DNA of 64,000 nt from Bdellovibrionota bacterium FG-1 (GCA_051382295.1 JBBCAW010000003.1:32001-96000), one strand, 5' to 3'; shown: positions 28,484 to 37,674, numbered from the stretch's first letter. Notes: generated from the letters alone by a model not told the origin. Program-made: numbers and translations.

Positions 28484-30625
28484 ATGGGAGACGTGCTCAA
28501 AAAATTCGGTCGGTACTTTCTGCTCGACCATATTGCCCAAGGGGGCATGGCCGAGATTTATCGTGCGCGGCTGGCTGCGGTCGATGGTGCCGGACGTTTA
28601 ATGGTGATTAAGCGTATTCAGGCGGGATTTGGGGCCAATAATGAGTTTTTGCAAATGTTCAAATCCGAAATCAAAGTCACGATGGGCTTTAATCACCCCA
28701 ATATCGTGCAACTTTATGACTTTGGCGAAGAACAAAGTCAGCCGTTTATTGCGATGGAATGGGTGGATGGTCGCAACCTTCGACAAATGATGACTCGTTT
28801 TAGCGAGCTCAAACAGCCGTTTCCGGTAGAGTTAGCGGCCTATATTGCCGAGCAAGCGGCCGCAGGGTTGTATTATGCGCATGGGTTTAAAGACAAGGTA
28901 ACCGGCGCCTCTCTCAGCATTGTTCACCGGGATATTAGTCCGCAAAACATCATTGTGAGCTACGAGGGCGGCGTTAAGGTGATCGATTTCGGGATTGCCA
29001 AAGCAAACACGAATAGTGAAGCCACCCGAGCAGGAGTCATCAAGGGTAAGCCGAGCTACCTTTCACCTGAGCAAATCAGTGGCGATATACTCGATGGGCG
29101 TTGCGATATTTTTGCGTTAGGAATCGTGCTTTGGGAAATGCTTTGTGGGCGAAAACTGTTTCAAGGCGAAAGTGATCTTGCCGTCCTCAAGCAGATTGAG
29201 AGTTGTACCCAGCACGTAAAAGCACCTTCCACTCTTAATCCTAAGGTACCTAAAGAACTCGATTATATTGTTTTGCGTGCTTTGGCTAAGCAACGGGATA
29301 AGCGCTATCAGTCTGGCGAAGAAATGCAGCGCGCGCTTCATAAATTTCTGTACAGCTATTTACCCGAGTTCAATCCGACTGATCTAGCCTATTACGCAAA
29401 GGATTTATTCAAAAACGAGATTGTCGAAGATCGGAAAAAAATTCAGCGACTCAACGACAAGGTCGAGCAGCTTCTTGCTGATGAACTTCCTGACGTCCCG
29501 GCGATTACAAAACCGGCTGAAGAGAATACCACAACCGAAGTGGAGAATGGGGTTACGCGGGCGCAAATTAGAGTACCGACTCCTATCGTCAGTCATGGCA
29601 AGGAGTCAAAAGTTGAGCTCGATGTAGGCGTGGGGTCATCGGTTTATGCGAATTCTTCGCGATCCCAGCTTAATCCTACTCATCAACGCACACTGGGCTC
29701 GACGGGCGTGAGGGCTCCACAGCAGCGACTTTCGACCAAAAAGAATGCGGCCTCTGGCTTGCTTAAACCTCTTGCGGTGGCAGCCGCCGCAGTGGTGGCG
29801 CTGGCGATTTTTGGTCCTGATTTTGGTGTTCAAGTGCCAGTTCTATCGGAGATGTTGAGCCAGTGGATGGGGGCCTCCGAGGATGCTCGTCTCGAGTTAC
29901 AAGGACATGAGCAGGGAGTGGTGGTCGCCGTCAATGGAAAGACGGTGGCAAAGAGCCTTCCGGCTGTGATCAAAAAGGTTCCCGTAGGGACGCCTTTTCG
30001 AGTTACGGTGAGCGGGCCAAATGGGGGCTTTCAACAGGAAATTACACTCAGAAAAGGTGAAAAAAGGGTATTAGAAGTCGCTTTTGCGCCACCTGCCGTA
30101 GCTGCGGCTAGTGCTGTCGGGGTAGACCCCAATCAGGTGGTTCAGGGTAAAAGTATCTTGCTTCGGCTGAATGTGACCCCGGGCGGGGGGGGGGCTTCCG
30201 TGATGCTGAATGGCCGCCCGGTGGATACCTCAAATCCAGCCGTCATTGTGGCTTTGGATGCCCCGCTGGAGTTGGTGGCCGAACGGGGCGGGTACCGCTC
30301 ATTTAAGCGCGAGTTTGTGCTCGAGGCACGGCAAGTGAACGGTTTGAAAGAATGGCTGATGGATGTGCCGATGGAGCCGGTGAGCTTCGGATTCTTAACA
30401 GTGCACAGCACTCCGAGCGCGGATGCCACTATTTTGTTGGATGGCAAACCGTGGGTGCGAAAGACTCCGATTGAGAACGAAAAATTTCCGGTGGGAACTT
30501 ATAGTATTCGCTTGAACAATGATGTGCTCGGGATGGAAAAAACGATCACCGTTCAGATTCAAGAGGGAAAAGCCGTGAATCGCGATGAACATCTCGATCT
30601 CATGCGTGAGCCCGCATCACGCTAA
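28484..30625 (+). CDS. Hanks-type Ser/Thr protein kinase with TM segment and PEGA-like periplasmic region
   Basis: GGMAEIY, VIK, HRDISPQN, DFGIAK, YLSPEQ, DIFALG; hydrophobic helix at about aa 430. Confidence 0.95.
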   Translation: MGDVLKKFGRYFLLDHIAQGGMAEIYRARLAAVDGAGRLMVIKRIQAGFGANNEFLQMFKSEIKVTMGFNHPNIVQLYDFGEEQSQPFIAMEWVDGRNLRQMMTRFSELKQPFPVELAAYIAEQAAAGLYYAHGFKDKVTGASLSIVHRDISPQNIIVSYEGGVKVIDFGIAKANTNSEATRAGVIKGKPSYLSPEQISGDILDGRCDIFALGIVLWEMLCGRKLFQGESDLAVLKQIESCTQHVKAPSTLNPKVPKELDYIVLRALAKQRDKRYQSGEEMQRALHKFLYSYLPEFNPTDLAYYAKDLFKNEIVEDRKKIQRLNDKVEQLLADELPDVPAITKPAEENTTTEVENGVTRAQIRVPTPIVSHGKESKVELDVGVGSSVYANSSRSQLNPTHQRTLGSTGVRAPQQRLSTKKNAASGLLKPLAVAAAAVVALAIFGPDFGVQVPVLSEMLSQWMGASEDARLELQGHEQGVVVAVNGKTVAKSLPAVIKKVPVGTPFRVTVSGPNGGFQQEITLRKGEKRVLEVAFAPPAVAAASAVGVDPNQVVQGKSILLRLNVTPGGGGASVMLNGRPVDTSNPAVIVALDAPLELVAERGGYRSFKREFVLEARQVNGLKEWLMDVPMEPVSFGFLTVHSTPSADATILLDGKPWVRKTPIENEKFPVGTYSIRLNNDVLGMEKTITVQIQEGKAVNRDEHLDLMREPASR

Positions 30626-30628
30626 AGA

Positions 30629-31306
30629 CTATTTCTCGTACTTATATCCCACGCCATAAATCGAAATGACGTGTCTGGTGAGGGGCGGAATCTTTCGGCG
30701 TAAAGCACGAATGTGCACATCGATCGTGCGGTCGTTGGTTTGTCCGGAGTCTTCGTGCCAGACGTCCTTGAGGATTTCTTCGCGTGAAACCACGGATCCC
30801 GCCTTGGCGGCCAAACACCGAAGAATATCGAATTCAGTCAGCGTGAGTTGGGCTTTCTTTCCGGCAAAAAGGACTTCGCGGCTGGCTGGGTCGATTTTAA
30901 GGTCACCGATTTGAATGGGCTGTGAGACGGGCTCAGCATTTTTTCGGAGGCGGGCATGAATGCGCGCCTTGAGTTCTTTGAAGTCAAAGGGCTTAGGGAT
31001 ATAGTCGTCGGCCCCTTGCGTTAATCCTTGAGTGATGTCAGGGACGCTGTTTTTAGCCGAAAGGAAAATGATCGGAATCCGTTTGGTTTTATCGTCCTTC
31101 TTTAAAAGGCTACAAGCATCATAGCCGCTTAAGATCGGAAGCATGATATCCAATAAAATCAGATCCGGGGCTTTGTTTCGTGCGTATTCAATCCCGATGA
31201 CGGCGTTTTCAGCGGTGATGATCTCGAATTCTTTGTTGAGCATCGCTTCAAGAAACCGTCGGGTATCAGCATTATCTTCGATGACGAGGATGCGAGGTTT
31301 TTCCAT
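30629..31306 (-). CDS. OmpR/PhoB-family response regulator
   Basis: ILVIED, LLDIMLP, GADDYIPKPF, LTLTEF, RTIDVHI, YGVGY. Confidence 0.96.
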   Translation of the reverse strand: MEKPRILVIEDNADTRRFLEAMLNKEFEIITAENAVIGIEYARNKAPDLILLDIMLPILSGYDACSLLKKDDKTKRIPIIFLSAKNSVPDITQGLTQGADDYIPKPFDFKELKARIHARLRKNAEPVSQPIQIGDLKIDPASREVLFAGKKAQLTLTEFDILRCLAAKAGSVVSREEILKDVWHEDSGQTNDRTIDVHIRALRRKIPPLTRHVISIYGVGYKYEK

Positions 31307-31351
31307 AACTTTGTAAAAAAAGTATAACACAGCTAAATTCGGTCCTCAACA

Positions 31352-31522
31352 GGGGCTCCCGGTAAAAGGTATCGGGGTCGTCCTTCCCCCTTTGCAGCAC
31401 TTCCTATGCTGCAAGTGCCCTTTTGGGCACTCGGGCTTCTCGAACAATCCTGTTCTCGAAGGGACTCCGCGCGAAGAGCGCATCCTGCGCGCGCGGATCC
31501 CCTCACTTTTACCGGGAGCCCC
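31352..31522. repeat. Structured non-coding repeat element, copy A
   Basis: Perfect 17-bp terminal IR GGGGCTCCCGGTAAAAG enclosing several hairpins; core shared with 52859-52955. Confidence 0.9.
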
Positions 31523-31662
31523 CATGTGGGTTCGGGACCAAGAAGTCTTGAATTGATGCGTCAAGTTTCTAGCGCCTTGTTCGGTTGCTTATCTTAATTT
31601 GGGTGGGGGTGGGGCGCTGGAACAGCGTCGATTGGGTGGGGTATCTAAAATAAATAGCCACT

Positions 31663-32022
31663 TCAGGTGAAGAGTCTTCTTGCTCCCGCGAGAGCTTCGT
31701 ACAATTTATCAGACGGCATTGCTCCCAATGGTGTGAGAGTCTGAAACTCCCTTTCCGGGAGCGCGAACAGTTGATGCGTCTCTAAGATGCTGTCGTGATG
31801 AAGCCATGGGCAATCTCGCTTGGCCAGCGGAATGGAGTGGCCAAGGACCAAGGAAACAGGCTTGCCATTCTGATGGTTGCGACTTCGAATGATTGCGACC
31901 ATGACAAATAGATCATTCGCCGCACCTTGGGGTGGGGCCGACAAGACTACGCAGCGATGCGTGTTTTGCGAATGGGGCGGAAGAATCGTTTTCGGAAAGT
32001 AGACGTCCCCTCTGGTCGGCAT
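31663..32022 (-). CDS. Divergent PemK/MazF-like toxin
   Basis: RGDVYF...HRCVVLS, DSILETHQL; downstream of a small RHH-like gene. Confidence 0.7.
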   Translation of the reverse strand: MPTRGDVYFPKTILPPHSQNTHRCVVLSAPPQGAANDLFVMVAIIRSRNHQNGKPVSLVLGHSIPLAKRDCPWLHHDSILETHQLFALPEREFQTLTPLGAMPSDKLYEALAGARRLFT

Positions 32023-32028
32023 CTGTTC

Positions 32029-32295
32029 TTAAGCTCCGGCGGCTTTCTTGAAAGCGTTGAGTGATTGCTTGGCCAAAGCGTCATGAACGTCTTTGTCTAA
32101 CGGCTCAGCCTGTTTCAATCTTTCACCATACAGGGCCATCGCTCCAGCGCGGAGTAGGTCGGCGGCAACTGCGGCCTCAACGCCTCCGTACTTGGGATCA
32201 TATTTGACCAACCAAGAAAACAGGTCGCGGACTTCTTCGGGAACCATGACGTTGACTCGCTTGCTGGTGTCTGTCTTTAGCTTCCTGGCTTGCAT
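32029..32295 (-). CDS. Putative antitoxin (RHH-like N-terminus)
   Basis: 88 aa, KRVNVMVPEEV; 6 bp upstream of the PemK-like gene. Confidence 0.6.
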   Translation of the reverse strand: MQARKLKTDTSKRVNVMVPEEVRDLFSWLVKYDPKYGGVEAAVAADLLRAGAMALYGERLKQAEPLDKDVHDALAKQSLNAFKKAAGA

Positions 32296-32389
32296 AGGTG
32301 CCTCATGTATTACTGTATCGACATGTGAGTCTATTATCAACACATATTTTAACACTAAAAATAACACACAAAACTGAACACCCGCCATC

Positions 32390-32479
32390 TTGAAATCGCA
32401 ATTTGCGATATCAAGTTCGGGATGGGGTGGTCGTCGAGTCCCGCCACTGGCTTTTACTGAACAAGGGGTCGCTATGCTT
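32390..32479 (+). pseudogene. ORF6N-domain gene fragment
   Basis: Translates as LKSQFAISSSGWGGRRVPPLAFTEQGVAML, the ORF6N signature; no start and no C-terminal part. Confidence 0.8.
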
Positions 32480-32482
32480 TGC

Positions 32483-33223
32483 TCATCCTGATCTGGGGGC
32501 CTCTAAACAGAAAAAATCGACGGTGTAGCAGTGGGCCCCTTCTTCTGGTGAAGCTTTCACAACTGCACGAACTTCTTCAATGGCCCTGACAAGGATGGAT
32601 TTTACTTTGGTTTCGTCCCCCTTGGAGATGGTGACTGCCGAAGAATAATGAAGATCCTCAGGTTTTTGAGCTTCCAACGAGGTAATGGCGCGAACCCTCC
32701 AGTTGGTATGGTGCTTTGAAATCATCGGAGAGTCCTTACCCAAATGGATGCTGACTGAGCCCACCTCGTATTGGCCCTGTTTTTCAAGGGCCAGCCCGAC
32801 TGAGGTCAAAAAAAGAAGAACGTCGGATACGGTTTTTATCGAAAGCCCAAAGTACTGGGCTAGCGCCTTCTTGGTCTGAAGCTGTTTCATCGAAAGTACA
32901 ACATGAATGGCAGGGTAGTACCATGCGCTATAATAGACACCTTGGTCTTGTATGCTGAGCGTTCTCTTGAAATCAGGGCGATTTTTTAGATTAAGGTGAC
33001 TTTCTATGGATTGGTCAATCTGGTCTTCGGTCAGTTGTCTCAAAGTGGGCGTGCCCGCTCGCGCGAGCTGAATGAGTTGTAAGAAAAAAATCACCTCCTC
33101 CCGATGGTGCCCGATAAATCGTGAAATCCTCTCTCCCTGTTCCAGACTGAGATGCGCATTCCCCTTGAGGACCTGCGTGATGTAAGTCGTATTACAGCCT
33201 GCCTCGGTTGCAAATTTGAATTT
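32483..33223 (-). pseudogene. 5'-truncated TIGR02147/DUF4423-family regulator
   Basis: Frame extends upstream of the ORF-track start to KFKFATEAGCNTTYITQVLKGNAHLSLEQ (HTH), then hits a stop; YYSAWYYPAIH, HHTNWR, DLHYS. Confidence 0.8.
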
Positions 33224-33395
33224 TTATCCTAACAGCCCGGCGCGCGAGTTCCGAGTCCACATAGGCTGCGGTGATCTTATCTCGAGCGCTGGGTTTGAGC
33301 GGCAGACGGGAGAAAGGAAGGCTGAGGACCCCTTTTTCAGTACCGATATCGAGGGTCTTTTTCCTTTGATTGATCGATACGACTTGAAGTTTCAT
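33192..33395 (-). pseudogene. Probably 3'-truncated antitoxin partner of the DUF4160 gene
   Basis: Last 12 codons run out of frame into the TIGR02147 remnant; ATGA-coupled to the DUF4160 gene. Confidence 0.55.
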
Positions 33396-33586
33396 AATTT
33401 GCCTTCCTTTACCAGTTCTTCGATCAGCTTCAAGATGCGCTTGTTAACAGCACCGCTCATCAGCACTCCATCTTGCAGATTCCATTTGGCGATTTCCTTG
33501 CCGTCTCGAAAGACGTGGACATGCCGGGGATCGTGATCTCCCTTATAGGTGATGAAAACGTAACCGCCGCGCCTGATCTTGCCCAT
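33392..33586 (-). CDS. DUF4160-family small protein (HicA-like toxin candidate)
   Basis: 64 aa, GDHDPRHVHV motif. Confidence 0.8.
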   Translation of the reverse strand: MGKIRRGGYVFITYKGDHDPRHVHVFRDGKEIAKWNLQDGVLMSGAVNKRILKLIEELVKEGKL

Positions 33587-33595
33587 GTTTCCTGT

Positions 33596-33623
33596 TAGAT
33601 ATTACCTTATAAGGTAATATCTA
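33596..33623. promoter_or_regulatory. Perfect 28-bp palindrome, likely operator of the DUF4160 operon
   Basis: TAGATATTACCTTA-TAAGGTAATATCTA, immediately downstream of a minus-strand TTGACT. Confidence 0.75.
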
Positions 33624-33681
33624 GTCAAGCGTCAGAAGTCGCATAAGCGTTGGTCATAAAAGCCTATGGCTGTGGTGTTTT

Positions 33682-34218
33682 CTATTCCCCAGAAAAAAGG
33701 GTTTCGATGGTATTCATGGGGAGATAGAGGGAGCTGGGTTGATCGAGGCGCGAAATAAAACCGTATTTTTTGTAAAATGCCTCGGCTCTTTCATTCTTTG
33801 CGTCCACCAAAATGAGCGCGCAGCCAATCTCAGTTTTCGCAAGCTGGGTTATCCGTTGCAACCCGTGCAATAGTAGTGTTTCTCCGAGACCTTTTCCTTG
33901 GGCCTTGATGTCTACGGCAAGTCTGGCAATGAGAGCTGCGGGAATAGGATACTTAGGAAATTTACGACTCAGTTTTTCCGGAATTGAATCGTGCCGAAGT
34001 TGCGCCATCGATAACGTATAGAAACCTGCCACCTGGGTGGCACTGCCAGGAAAAGTTGCTACGAAGGTGCGACTTACGTTCACCCTCGCATTTCGGTTTG
34101 CCGACTCTTTCAGAAACTTATTCAGGGGATCGACTCCACAGTTAAAGCTATCGCGGTCATGGTGATGTCCCAAAAGGGAGATATTCCACTTAAGCACAGG
34201 AACCTGGTCCTCATTCAT
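33682..34218 (-). CDS. GNAT-family toxin (AtaT/TacT-like)
   Basis: HDRDSFNCG...LN.FL, GFYTL, PAALIARLAVD...QGKGLG, VDAKNE.A..FY.KYGF. Confidence 0.92.
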   Translation of the reverse strand: MNEDQVPVLKWNISLLGHHHDRDSFNCGVDPLNKFLKESANRNARVNVSRTFVATFPGSATQVAGFYTLSMAQLRHDSIPEKLSRKFPKYPIPAALIARLAVDIKAQGKGLGETLLLHGLQRITQLAKTEIGCALILVDAKNERAEAFYKKYGFISRLDQPSSLYLPMNTIETLFSGE

Positions 34219-34502
34219 CTGCTGTAATTTTTTTGAAACCGCGCAGCAGCGGCCTTTAAACGGGCGTTCGGTTTTGGCGGCTGATCGAGCGTTCCGATCA
34301 TTGCGTTCCATGCTTGAACGGATACCTGAATTTGCTCTCGTTCAATGAGAATGTTCTTTGCCATCTCATAGGCGTTTGAGGCCACGAAATCGCTCATGGT
34401 GATTCCGATGAGGTCGGCTGCACGCTGAATGGTCTTCTTGACCTCGGGGGTGGTTCTGAAGTCGATGCGTGTTTCAATTTTTTTTGCAGTTGTTCGGCTC
34501 AT
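34215..34502 (-). CDS. DUF1778 (RHH) antitoxin
   Basis: RIDFR...IQRAA.L.G..MSDFV, LDQPPKPNARL; ATGA overlap with the GNAT gene. Confidence 0.92.
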   Translation of the reverse strand: MSRTTAKKIETRIDFRTTPEVKKTIQRAADLIGITMSDFVASNAYEMAKNILIEREQIQVSVQAWNAMIGTLDQPPKPNARLKAAAARFQKNYSR

Positions 34503-34599
34503 AGAACCCTTTCCTCTTAAGGCCTTCAATTGAGAATAGCATTTTGTACGGCAATCTGCCACACATTTAATTTTGCTCTGGATTCAGGTATTTACGCCC

Positions 34600-35283
34600 T
34601 CAAGCAGCCCTTCGAAAATGAGATGTCACAAATTCTTCAGTAATTTCATCTTCGATAGCACCCCAAGTGGGATGGGCTTGCAGAAAAACTTTGACCAACT
34701 GGGTGTCAAATTGACGGCCTGCAAAGGTCTTGAGTTCTTTATAGGCAATGTCCACATCGAGGCCCTTGCGATAGGGGCGGGTGGTGGTCATGGCATCGTA
34801 GGTATCGGCGATCAAAATGATTCGTGCCGTGAGGGGAATGCGCTCCCCTCGTATCCCGTTGGGATAACCCGCGCCGTCAATGCGCTCATGGTGGTGCCGG
34901 ATTCCTGGGATTGTTGCTCGAAAAAAAGGAATGACCGACAAAGGATTGACGATATCGGCGCTTTTGACTGGATGAGCCCGCATGATGGCTTCTTCTGCTT
35001 CCGTAAGCCGTCCTGGTTTAAAAAGAACCGAATCAGGAATGCCGAGCTTTCCTAAGTCGTGGAACATGCTGGAGTACTCGATAACTTTTTGCTCTCTCTC
35101 GGAGAGTCCCGCCGCCGCCGCAAGTCTTTGGGAGTTGCGGGCCACTCGTCGGCAGTGCCCATAAGTATAGGGATCGCGCTCTTTTAGGGCTTGAAGAAGC
35201 GATTGAGCGACCGCAATAGCCCAATCCGGGATTTCGATTTGGGCAGAAGGGGGCGACGCAAGAGTGAGCTTAGGCTTAGCCAT
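34600..35283 (-). CDS. Stand-alone HD-GYP cyclic dinucleotide phosphodiesterase
   Basis: RDPYTYGH, HDLGK, HHERIDGAGYP, IADTYDAMT..RPY. Confidence 0.94.
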   Translation of the reverse strand: MAKPKLTLASPPSAQIEIPDWAIAVAQSLLQALKERDPYTYGHCRRVARNSQRLAAAAGLSEREQKVIEYSSMFHDLGKLGIPDSVLFKPGRLTEAEEAIMRAHPVKSADIVNPLSVIPFFRATIPGIRHHHERIDGAGYPNGIRGERIPLTARIILIADTYDAMTTTRPYRKGLDVDIAYKELKTFAGRQFDTQLVKVFLQAHPTWGAIEDEITEEFVTSHFRRAA

Positions 35284-35292
35284 CTTTTGGTC

Positions 35293-35372
35293 TTTTCGGA
35301 TGTTTTTATCCAGACTTGAGAAAACACTACGCTTGAGTCTTGGCTTGAGAAAATCATGAGGGTTGCCGATAG
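35293..35372. promoter_or_regulatory. Divergent sigma28-like promoter candidates
   Basis: Minus TCAA-N15-TCCGAAAA (35293-35319); plus TGAG-N15-GCCGATAG (35346-35372). Confidence 0.45.
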
Positions 35373-35378
35373 GAACTC

Positions 35379-36470
35379 ATGATCATGGATCGACGGCTCA
35401 TCGCCGCGCTGACGCTGCTCTGTTTAGTGAGTTTGCCGGCTTGGGCCAGGCAGGATTCGCTTCCGGGTTCCCGCTATACTTCAGCTCGAGCGGCCGGTAT
35501 GGCCGACGCCTTTTTACCTTTGGGCGATGATGGACCTTCCGCGCTTTTTTATAATCCCGCAGCGGTTGGAAAAATTCGAGCTACGCAAGGCTCAATGAGT
35601 ATCGGGTTTAATGCCAACGGCGGATTTGTGGATCATATGGGCACGAATTCGTATAAAAGTTATAGTTTGAGTTCTTCTTTTCCTACGCTTCAGGCCAACC
35701 CCAATGCCCCACAAGGGCTGGGTTTTTCGCTTCTTCCAAGTTTTTTTGGAAAAGGTTTTGCCATTGGTCTCTTGACCCAAACCGAGGTCTTTGCCTCGAG
35801 CGATGCGGCTGGAAACGTTCGATATCTGAGTTCCTTCCAGTTGATTCCCGCGGTGGCGTTTGGTGTGAGATTAGCGGGCGGTATCGTACGTATGGGATAT
35901 AGCTTGCAGTGGGTTAATGAATCCGTCGGAGATATTTCTGCCCCTTCAGGCACAGATCCTCTCGGTTATAACCAGCTGCTTCCGCAGGGGTCTGGTTTAT
36001 CCCATAATTTTGGTTTCGCGCTGACGTTGCCGATTGCCTATCTCCCTTCTGTCAATGCGGTAGCTCGCAACATTATGGGCACGACCTATTCGATGGCTTC
36101 CATTTTGCCCATGAGTCAAAATTCGCCCGGAGCCCCCGCGACTGAGGTGATGACCCTAGATACCTCCTTCAGCATTCAACCCAAGGTTGATGCCGGCGTG
36201 AATATGAATTTAGTGGGCGAGTATCGCGATGCCACCAATACCTCACAAATGGCTATTTTAGGCCATCTTGCACTGGGTGGTGAACTAATTTTCAGGGATT
36301 TTTTGTCGCTGCGAGGAGGGTATGGCAGCGGTTATCCGGCGGCGGGTTTCGGTTTTAAGGTCAAAAAGGGTCAATTGGCATTCAGCTGGTACAGCGTTGA
36401 GTTGGGGCAATCGTATCATGAGCTGCGTGATATTCGGTACATGTTGCAATTTCAAGTGAGGGCATTCTGA
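35379..36470 (+). CDS. Putative outer-membrane beta-barrel protein (FadL/PorV/TraF-like plug motif)
   Basis: Signal peptide, GMADAF...DD..SALFYNPA, amphipathic strands, C-terminal Phe. Confidence 0.7.
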   Translation: MIMDRRLIAALTLLCLVSLPAWARQDSLPGSRYTSARAAGMADAFLPLGDDGPSALFYNPAAVGKIRATQGSMSIGFNANGGFVDHMGTNSYKSYSLSSSFPTLQANPNAPQGLGFSLLPSFFGKGFAIGLLTQTEVFASSDAAGNVRYLSSFQLIPAVAFGVRLAGGIVRMGYSLQWVNESVGDISAPSGTDPLGYNQLLPQGSGLSHNFGFALTLPIAYLPSVNAVARNIMGTTYSMASILPMSQNSPGAPATEVMTLDTSFSIQPKVDAGVNMNLVGEYRDATNTSQMAILGHLALGGELIFRDFLSLRGGYGSGYPAAGFGFKVKKGQLAFSWYSVELGQSYHELRDIRYMLQFQVRAF

Positions 36471-36471
36471 A

Positions 36472-37674
36472 ATGGGAGCTGAGCAAAAGCCGTCGAAAAG
36501 TGCGGTACAAGATCTGGGTTTTCGCGTGTGTGTCCTATCACCGAGTGGTGCGCGCGCGAGTCAGTTGGCCGCTGAGTTGACTCAGGCGTTGGGTGGGTGC
36601 TTGGAGATTCCCATCGAAGCCCAAGCTGCGGGCTCTCGTGACTGGAAAACCGGAACTCAAGGGTACGCACTGTTTATTGATTCTTCGTCTTTTCATGGAC
36701 CGAGCGGTTTGGACTCTGCTCTTGGAGCGGTCAATCCTCAGTTGGATGGCGTCTATCTTATTGTGAATGAAGACGATCCCGTGCCGCCCTCTTGGGTGGA
36801 TGGAAAAGTAGATGACGTTCTTGTTTACCCCTTTCGTTCTCTGGAAGTGCTTTCTAAACTTCGACATTACCAAACTCTGCTCGATTCGCGCGAGACGTTC
36901 GTGTTGGCGGACTCTTACGCGCGGCTGCTTGAGCGATTTGAGGGGGATCTAGAGTTAGCGCGAAAACTCCAGAAATCAAAGCTTCCGATTCGCTTTCCTC
37001 ACGTGCGCGGCTTTGATGTCAATAGTCGTTATTTGGCTGGCGAGCGTCCTGGGGGCGATTATATCGACCTGGCTGAAGCTCGTGATGGACAACAGATCTC
37101 TTTGCTTTTGACCGACGCGTCGAGCTATCGACTTTCAAGCGCGGTATTGGAGGCCGTCACGAGTGTTCTTTCTGGTCTTACTATTCAGGAGTCTCGGTCT
37201 TGCGTGACGACTGCGCGGTTGTTTCGTGATGGCATTTTGGCTTCCCTCAGCGACAAGGATCAAGTTTCGATGTTCTATGGCTCCTTGGGGCGAAAAGATC
37301 TGTGCTTGCGGTATGTGAATTTAGGGGCTGGTCATGCTTTTTACGCACCGGCCGCAAAACCCTTTTATGAACTCGCGCACCATGGAAGCCCCATCGTGCG
37401 GGCGCAAAGTGTGCGAACTGAAAAAGAAGATGAAGTGATCCTTGAACCGCAAGGACGCTTAGCGCTGATATCAGATGGTTTTGTCGGAGCTTTGGGGGGG
37501 GCGCAGGCGGTATTAGGGGTTTTGAATCGTTTTCGCGGGGCTGAAGCCAAAGATTCCATAAATGAGTTGGTCTTTCGGGTCAAAGCGATCCTTTCGAATC
37601 CGGATGATCTTCCGGCACAGGATTGTACAGTCGCGGTCTTTGACGTGGACGCAAAGCTACTCCGGCTCGCCTAG
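36472..37674 (+). CDS. SpoIIE/PP2C-type phosphatase-domain protein with degenerate receiver-like N-terminus
   Basis: DLELARKLQ, GGDY, LLTD, YVNLG, SDG, QDCT. Confidence 0.8.
   Translation: MGAEQKPSKSAVQDLGFRVCVLSPSGARASQLAAELTQALGGCLEIPIEAQAAGSRDWKTGTQGYALFIDSSSFHGPSGLDSALGAVNPQLDGVYLIVNEDDPVPPSWVDGKVDDVLVYPFRSLEVLSKLRHYQTLLDSRETFVLADSYARLLERFEGDLELARKLQKSKLPIRFPHVRGFDVNSRYLAGERPGGDYIDLAEARDGQQISLLLTDASSYRLSSAVLEAVTSVLSGLTIQESRSCVTTARLFRDGILASLSDKDQVSMFYGSLGRKDLCLRYVNLGAGHAFYAPAAKPFYELAHHGSPIVRAQSVRTEKEDEVILEPQGRLALISDGFVGALGGAQAVLGVLNRFRGAEAKDSINELVFRVKAILSNPDDLPAQDCTVAVFDVDAKLLRLA

Noticed and set aside
31346..31597. Short ORFs over element A
   Set aside because: Incidental translations of palindromic non-coding DNA
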